DNA from: Chromatiales bacterium
GTDB lineage: Bacteria; Pseudomonadota; Gammaproteobacteria; Poriferisulfidales; Oxydemutatoraceae
Reading direction: 5' to 3'
Length of the DNA: 64,000 nucleotides
NCBI GenBank assembly: GCA_014323925.1
Contig: JACONC010000005.1
Location: 16,117-80,116, forward strand
Shown here: piece after piece, positions 60,084 through 64,000 of the stretch
How the letters are laid out: every line of letters begins with the position of its first letter
Numbering within the stretch: the stretch's first letter is position 1
Program-made: the position numbers and the translations under genes
The notes under the pieces: generated by a model
What the model was told of the DNA's origin: nothing
The model's database searches: none
What the model saw: only the letters and a program-made list of their open reading frames with translations

Positions 60084-61214
60084 CTATTGTCGACATGGTT
60101 GTGCGATGATACGGATATCATCTCCAATATTCTTTACTTCTTTATAGCTAAAATTAATCCGCTCATCCATCGTTCTTACAACATTATCAAATCTTGCCAA
60201 TCCTTGACTGCCTGCTCCGAGTATACACGGTGCTAGATACAATAATAGTTCGTCGCACAAATCGGCTTCCACGATAGCACCAAACAACACGCCACCGGCC
60301 TCCACTTGTATTTCATTGATCTCGTATTGCGCAGCTAAAGTCTCTAAAAGCTCTACTAGAATGGCGCGTGATTTTATCGCTTGTACCGTTAAAATTTCAA
60401 CACCTTTCTGTTCAAATTGAGCCATCAGTTCTTTGTCTGCTGTGTTATCACAAACAACTATGGTGGGTGCATCTGAGTTATAGATTTTTGCCGACGGCGA
60501 GGTCGTCAATTTTCTATCCAACACCACCCGCAAGGGTTGTCTAACAGCGCCTTTTATATCCAGTGCTTCACTATCAAGCCGTACATTCAGCTGCGGATTA
60601 TCGGCTAGAACTGTACGACTACTGGTTAATAGGGCAGTGCTTTGAGCACGCCAAAACTGTACATCGCGTCTTGCTGCCTCGCCACTAATCCAACTGCTTG
60701 CGCCGCATGCCAATGCAATATGTCCGTCTAGGCTAATGGCCGATTTGATACGCAACCAAGGTCTACCTCGTTTAATGCGTGAGACAAAACCGCAGTTTAA
60801 TGCTTGTGCCTGCTGGGCGAGCAAACCATGTTCTACTTGCACGCCGGCAGCCCGTAACTCGGCTATACCTTGTCCGTTGACTCGCGGATCAGGGTCGGAC
60901 ATCGCTATGACAACACGCTTGACTTTCGCTTCTATCAGCGATGGTACGCACGGGGGTGTGCGCCCTTGATGCACGCACGGTTCTAAAGTCACATAGACCG
61001 TTGCACCGTGTGCTGCATCTGCGGCAGCGGCGAGGGCTAACGGTTCAGCGTGTGGGCTACCGATGCGGTGGTGATAATTTTCTGCAACGATTTCTTCATC
61101 ACGGACAATCACACAGCCAACCATAGGGTTGGCACCAACGGTGTAGCGACCGCGGGCGGCTAAGGCTAGTGCCCTCGACATGTAGTGATGATCGCGCTCG
61201 CTGAATTGCTCCAT
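60084..61214 (-). CDS. ribD: bifunctional diaminohydroxyphosphoribosylaminopyrimidine deaminase / 5-amino-6-(5-phosphoribosylamino)uracil reductase
   Basis: Deaminase Zn motif (HAEPLAL...TLEPCVHQGRTPPC) plus a C-terminal reductase domain; 376 aa. Confidence 0.9.
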   Translation of the reverse strand: MEQFSERDHHYMSRALALAARGRYTVGANPMVGCVIVRDEEIVAENYHHRIGSPHAEPLALAAAADAAHGATVYVTLEPCVHQGRTPPCVPSLIEAKVKRVVIAMSDPDPRVNGQGIAELRAAGVQVEHGLLAQQAQALNCGFVSRIKRGRPWLRIKSAISLDGHIALACGASSWISGEAARRDVQFWRAQSTALLTSSRTVLADNPQLNVRLDSEALDIKGAVRQPLRVVLDRKLTTSPSAKIYNSDAPTIVVCDNTADKELMAQFEQKGVEILTVQAIKSRAILVELLETLAAQYEINEIQVEAGGVLFGAIVEADLCDELLLYLAPCILGAGSQGLARFDNVVRTMDERINFSYKEVKNIGDDIRIIAQPCRQ

Positions 61215-61248
61215 AAAATCACGCGATTTCAGGGTCTAGTCCCTGAAA

Positions 61249-62499
61249 TCAACCATATACAGGATAGCGTTTACACAAACTTAAGATTTGCTCTTTGACT
61301 GTTTTGATTTTGTCTTCGTCGTTAATATCGTCCAATACATCACAAACCAGATGCGTTAGCTGTGCCACGATATTACCATCAAAGCCGCGTGTTGTAATTG
61401 CCGGGGTACCAAAACGCAAACCGCTGGTCACAAAGGGTGATTTAGGGTCTTTGGGTACGCTATTCTTATTGACCGTGATATTGGCTCGCCCAAGTGCGGC
61501 ATCGGCATCTTTGCCAGTTATGCCTTTAGAGATCAAGCTAACTAGCATCAGATGGTTTTCGGTACCACCCGATACGATTTCATAACCCCGGTCTAGCAGA
61601 GTTTGCGCCATGACTTTGGCATTACTTTTAACGGTAGCGATATATTCCTTAAACTCAGGTTGCAGGGCTTCCTTAAAAGCAACTGCTTTCGCAGCGATGA
61701 CATGCATGAGCGGACCGCCTTGCATACCGGGAAATACCATAGAATTTATTTTCTTTTCTATCTGTTCGTCGTGCTGACAGATAATAAAACCGCTGCGTGG
61801 TCCTCGCAAACTCTTATGCGTAGTCGAGGTGACCACATGCGCGTGAGGCACTGGGTTAGGATACCCATCACCGGCGACTAAACCGGAAACATGCGCCATA
61901 TCAACAACCAAGTATGCACCTACCAGATCGGCTATTTCTCTCATCCGTGCCCAATCGACAATCTGCGAGTAAGCGGAAAAACCAGCGATGACCATCTTCG
62001 GCTTATGCTCAACAGTCAAGCGCTCTATCTCGTCGTAGTCGAGGAAGCCTTCGTCGTTTATGCCATACTGGACAGCATTGAAAACCTGCCCAGAAAAGTT
62101 AACTTTAGCGCCGTGCGTCAGGTGTCCGCCGTGGGCTAAGCTCATACCGAGTATGGTGTCACCAGGTTTACACAATGCCAAATAGACTGCGGCGTTCGCT
62201 TGTGATCCGGAATGTGGTTGCACATTCGCATAATCCGCACCATATAATTCCTTTAGACGATCTATCGCCAGTTGTTCGGCGATATCGACATTTTCGCAGC
62301 CGCCGTAATACCGCTTATTGGGGTAACCCTCAGCATATTTATTAGTCATAATAGAACCTTGTGCTTCCAATACGCGCGGGCTGGCGTAATTCTCGGAGGC
62401 AATCAATTCTACATGTTCCTCTTGTCGCCTACTTTCGGCAGCAAAGGCATCTGCCAACTCAGGGTCGAACGAGGCTATGGTCATATCTTTTTCGAACAT
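61249..62499 (-). CDS. glyA: serine hydroxymethyltransferase
   Basis: 416 aa. [11 protein letters not shown]...[11 protein letters not shown], with the PLP-lysine region. Confidence 0.95.
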   Translation of the reverse strand: MFEKDMTIASFDPELADAFAAESRRQEEHVELIASENYASPRVLEAQGSIMTNKYAEGYPNKRYYGGCENVDIAEQLAIDRLKELYGADYANVQPHSGSQANAAVYLALCKPGDTILGMSLAHGGHLTHGAKVNFSGQVFNAVQYGINDEGFLDYDEIERLTVEHKPKMVIAGFSAYSQIVDWARMREIADLVGAYLVVDMAHVSGLVAGDGYPNPVPHAHVVTSTTHKSLRGPRSGFIICQHDEQIEKKINSMVFPGMQGGPLMHVIAAKAVAFKEALQPEFKEYIATVKSNAKVMAQTLLDRGYEIVSGGTENHLMLVSLISKGITGKDADAALGRANITVNKNSVPKDPKSPFVTSGLRFGTPAITTRGFDGNIVAQLTHLVCDVLDDINDEDKIKTVKEQILSLCKRYPVYG

Positions 62500-62554
62500 T
62501 GCTCTTTCCTTATGTAATCTAGATTTAGAATTGCCTTGATGCGGTAAAACCCTA

Positions 62555-63160
62555 TTATACCCGATATCGGTAGGATTGCTTTATATAATAGGTTAAGCGA
62601 TAACCCAGCAGCAAAGCCAGTATACTCAAATAAATCCATGCCTTTAAGTAGTCGGCGCGTATCAGCCACCAATAGTGTACTAAACCAGCGATAGCGATAA
62701 CATAAACCAAACGATGTAATGAAGTCCAGTGGTTTTGCAGATATCGCACCGCACGATCATTGGATGTAATTGCCAATGGAATCAACAGAACAAAAGCACC
62801 AAAGCCGGCAAAAATAAAAGGGCGATCAAGTATATCTACCGCTATAGACTGTAAGTCAAAAAACTGATCTAGCCATATATAAGTAACGAAGTGACAGCTA
62901 GCATAAAAGAAAGTATATAAACCGACCGCTCGGCGGTGACGCAATAACCAGCGCATATTGCTCAGATGCACCACTGGTCTGAATGCCAATACTATGAGGA
63001 TGAGGCGCAAGGTCCAGTCACCAGTATGGCGGGTAATATATTCAATAGGGTTCGCCCCAAGGTTGTTATTCCAACCGGCGTAGAGCAAATATAAAAAAGG
63101 TATCAGACACAAAATGTGTACGAGGGCTCTGCTTAACAGTAGCGGTGGTGCAGCTAGCAT
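62555..63160 (-). CDS. msrQ: protein-methionine-sulfoxide reductase heme-binding subunit
   Basis: Membrane protein aligning with E. coli MsrQ/YedZ and sitting downstream of msrP. The track ORF extends to 63235 and would overlap msrP, so I chose the internal Met (MLAAPP). Confidence 0.75.
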   Translation of the reverse strand: MLAAPPLLLSRALVHILCLIPFLYLLYAGWNNNLGANPIEYITRHTGDWTLRLILIVLAFRPVVHLSNMRWLLRHRRAVGLYTFFYASCHFVTYIWLDQFFDLQSIAVDILDRPFIFAGFGAFVLLIPLAITSNDRAVRYLQNHWTSLHRLVYVIAIAGLVHYWWLIRADYLKAWIYLSILALLLGYRLTYYIKQSYRYRV

Positions 63161-63173
63161 AACGGTTGAAATA

Positions 63174-64000
63174 TTAGAAGTATTTTTCCAAGTCCATTCC
63201 GCTATATAAACTGGCAACTTCTTCTTCGTAACCATTGAACATCAAAGTGCTCCGTTTTCTAAACTCGCCTATGCGTCGTTCGCGTTTTTGCGACCATCTC
63301 GGATGATTGACTTCAGGATTGACATTTGAATAAAAACCGTATTCCTGAGGTGCCGATAGATTCCATGCCGTAGGCGGTTGTTGTTCGGTAAACTCCATTG
63401 CCACAATTGACTTGATACTTTTGAAGCCGTATTTCCATGGCACTACTAAACGGAGCGGTGCGCCATTTTGATTAGGTAGCACTTTGCCGTATAGACCTAC
63501 CACAAAAATGGCGAGTGGATTCATCGCCTCGTCTATACGCAAGCCTTCCTTATACGGCCAATCCAGTACCGGCCGGCTTTGACCGGGCAAGTTCTCACGA
63601 TCTAGTATGGAACGGAAGGCAACATATTTGGCTCTCGAGGTTGGTTTGCTTTTTTTAATAATTTGGTTGACTTCGAAACCTACCCACGGTATCACCATTG
63701 ACCATGCCTCCACGCAACGCAAGCGATAAATCCTGTCTTCCAACTGATGCGGTGTGACAAAATCCTCCAAACTGTAGACACCCGGGTTTTCACACTCACC
63801 ATCCACCGCAATGCTCCACGGTTCAGTCTTGAGGTATTTGGCATTTTTGTGTGGGTCATCTTTACCGTAACCCAGTTCGTAGAAATTGTTATAGGTGGTA
63901 ATGGAGCGTTCATCAGTTAATTCTTCGTCGATGTTGTAACGGCTGTCTGGTAGATTATCCAGTGGCCCCAGAGCTGCTTTTGCATAAGTCGTCAATGACA
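63174..64000 (-). CDS. msrP: protein-methionine-sulfoxide reductase catalytic subunit (molybdopterin oxidoreductase YedY), partial. The N-terminus lies beyond the window end.
   Basis: This is the C-terminal 273 aa of a sulfite-oxidase-family Mo enzyme (...[13 protein letters not shown]...[16 protein letters not shown]...). The ORF is open to the window edge. Confidence 0.8.
   Translation of the reverse strand, partial: SLTTYAKAALGPLDNLPDSRYNIDEELTDERSITTYNNFYELGYGKDDPHKNAKYLKTEPWSIAVDGECENPGVYSLEDFVTPHQLEDRIYRLRCVEAWSMVIPWVGFEVNQIIKKSKPTSRAKYVAFRSILDRENLPGQSRPVLDWPYKEGLRIDEAMNPLAIFVVGLYGKVLPNQNGAPLRLVVPWKYGFKSIKSIVAMEFTEQQPPTAWNLSAPQEYGFYSNVNPEVNHPRWSQKRERRIGEFRKRSTLMFNGYEEEVASLYSGMDLEKYF

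Overview
This window is a gammaproteobacterial chromosomal segment. Gene order (leuC-leuD-leuB ... asd-fimV-truA; recN-fur-bamE-rnfH-ratA-smpB; rppH/HAD; msrQP) resembles Pseudomonas/Legionella-type genomes. Most of it is housekeeping: ppc, panD, tRNA-fMet, ileS, ribF, gmhB, glyQS, dapA-bamC, leuCDB, asd, truA, trxA, nadK, recN, fur, smpB, lolA, ftsK, argC, hemJ, rppH, csrA-tRNA-Ser, hflX, ribD, glyA, msrQP.

The main accessory content is an ~11.5 kb defence island (about 20.8-32.1 kb) inserted into the otherwise conserved leuB...asd junction. It holds:
- a DUF4258-type toxin with an HTH antitoxin;
- a DUF45/M48 metallopeptidase translationally coupled to hsdR;
- a complete Type I R-M system (hsdM, hsdS, hsdR);
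- a 750-aa AAA ATPase between hsdS and hsdR with a coiled-coil and a CxxC zinc-hook insert, which I read as an RloC/PrrC-like anticodon-nuclease candidate;
- a divergently transcribed cytoplasmic protein whose N-terminal His/Asp motifs recall S1-P1 nuclease / zinc phospholipase C.

Other accessory signals:
- an orphan alpha-class amino-methyltransferase wedged between recN and fur;
- a 302-aa protein with a C-terminal GIY-YIG nuclease domain next to csrA;
- a degraded IS3-family transposase fragment beside tRNA-Ser;
- a 927-aa secreted repeat adhesin containing four near-identical ~315-bp DNA repeats;
- a TusE/DsrC homolog that lacks the C-terminal cysteines;
- a tRNA-Val with a CAC anticodon.

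I found no CRISPR array and no tmRNA.
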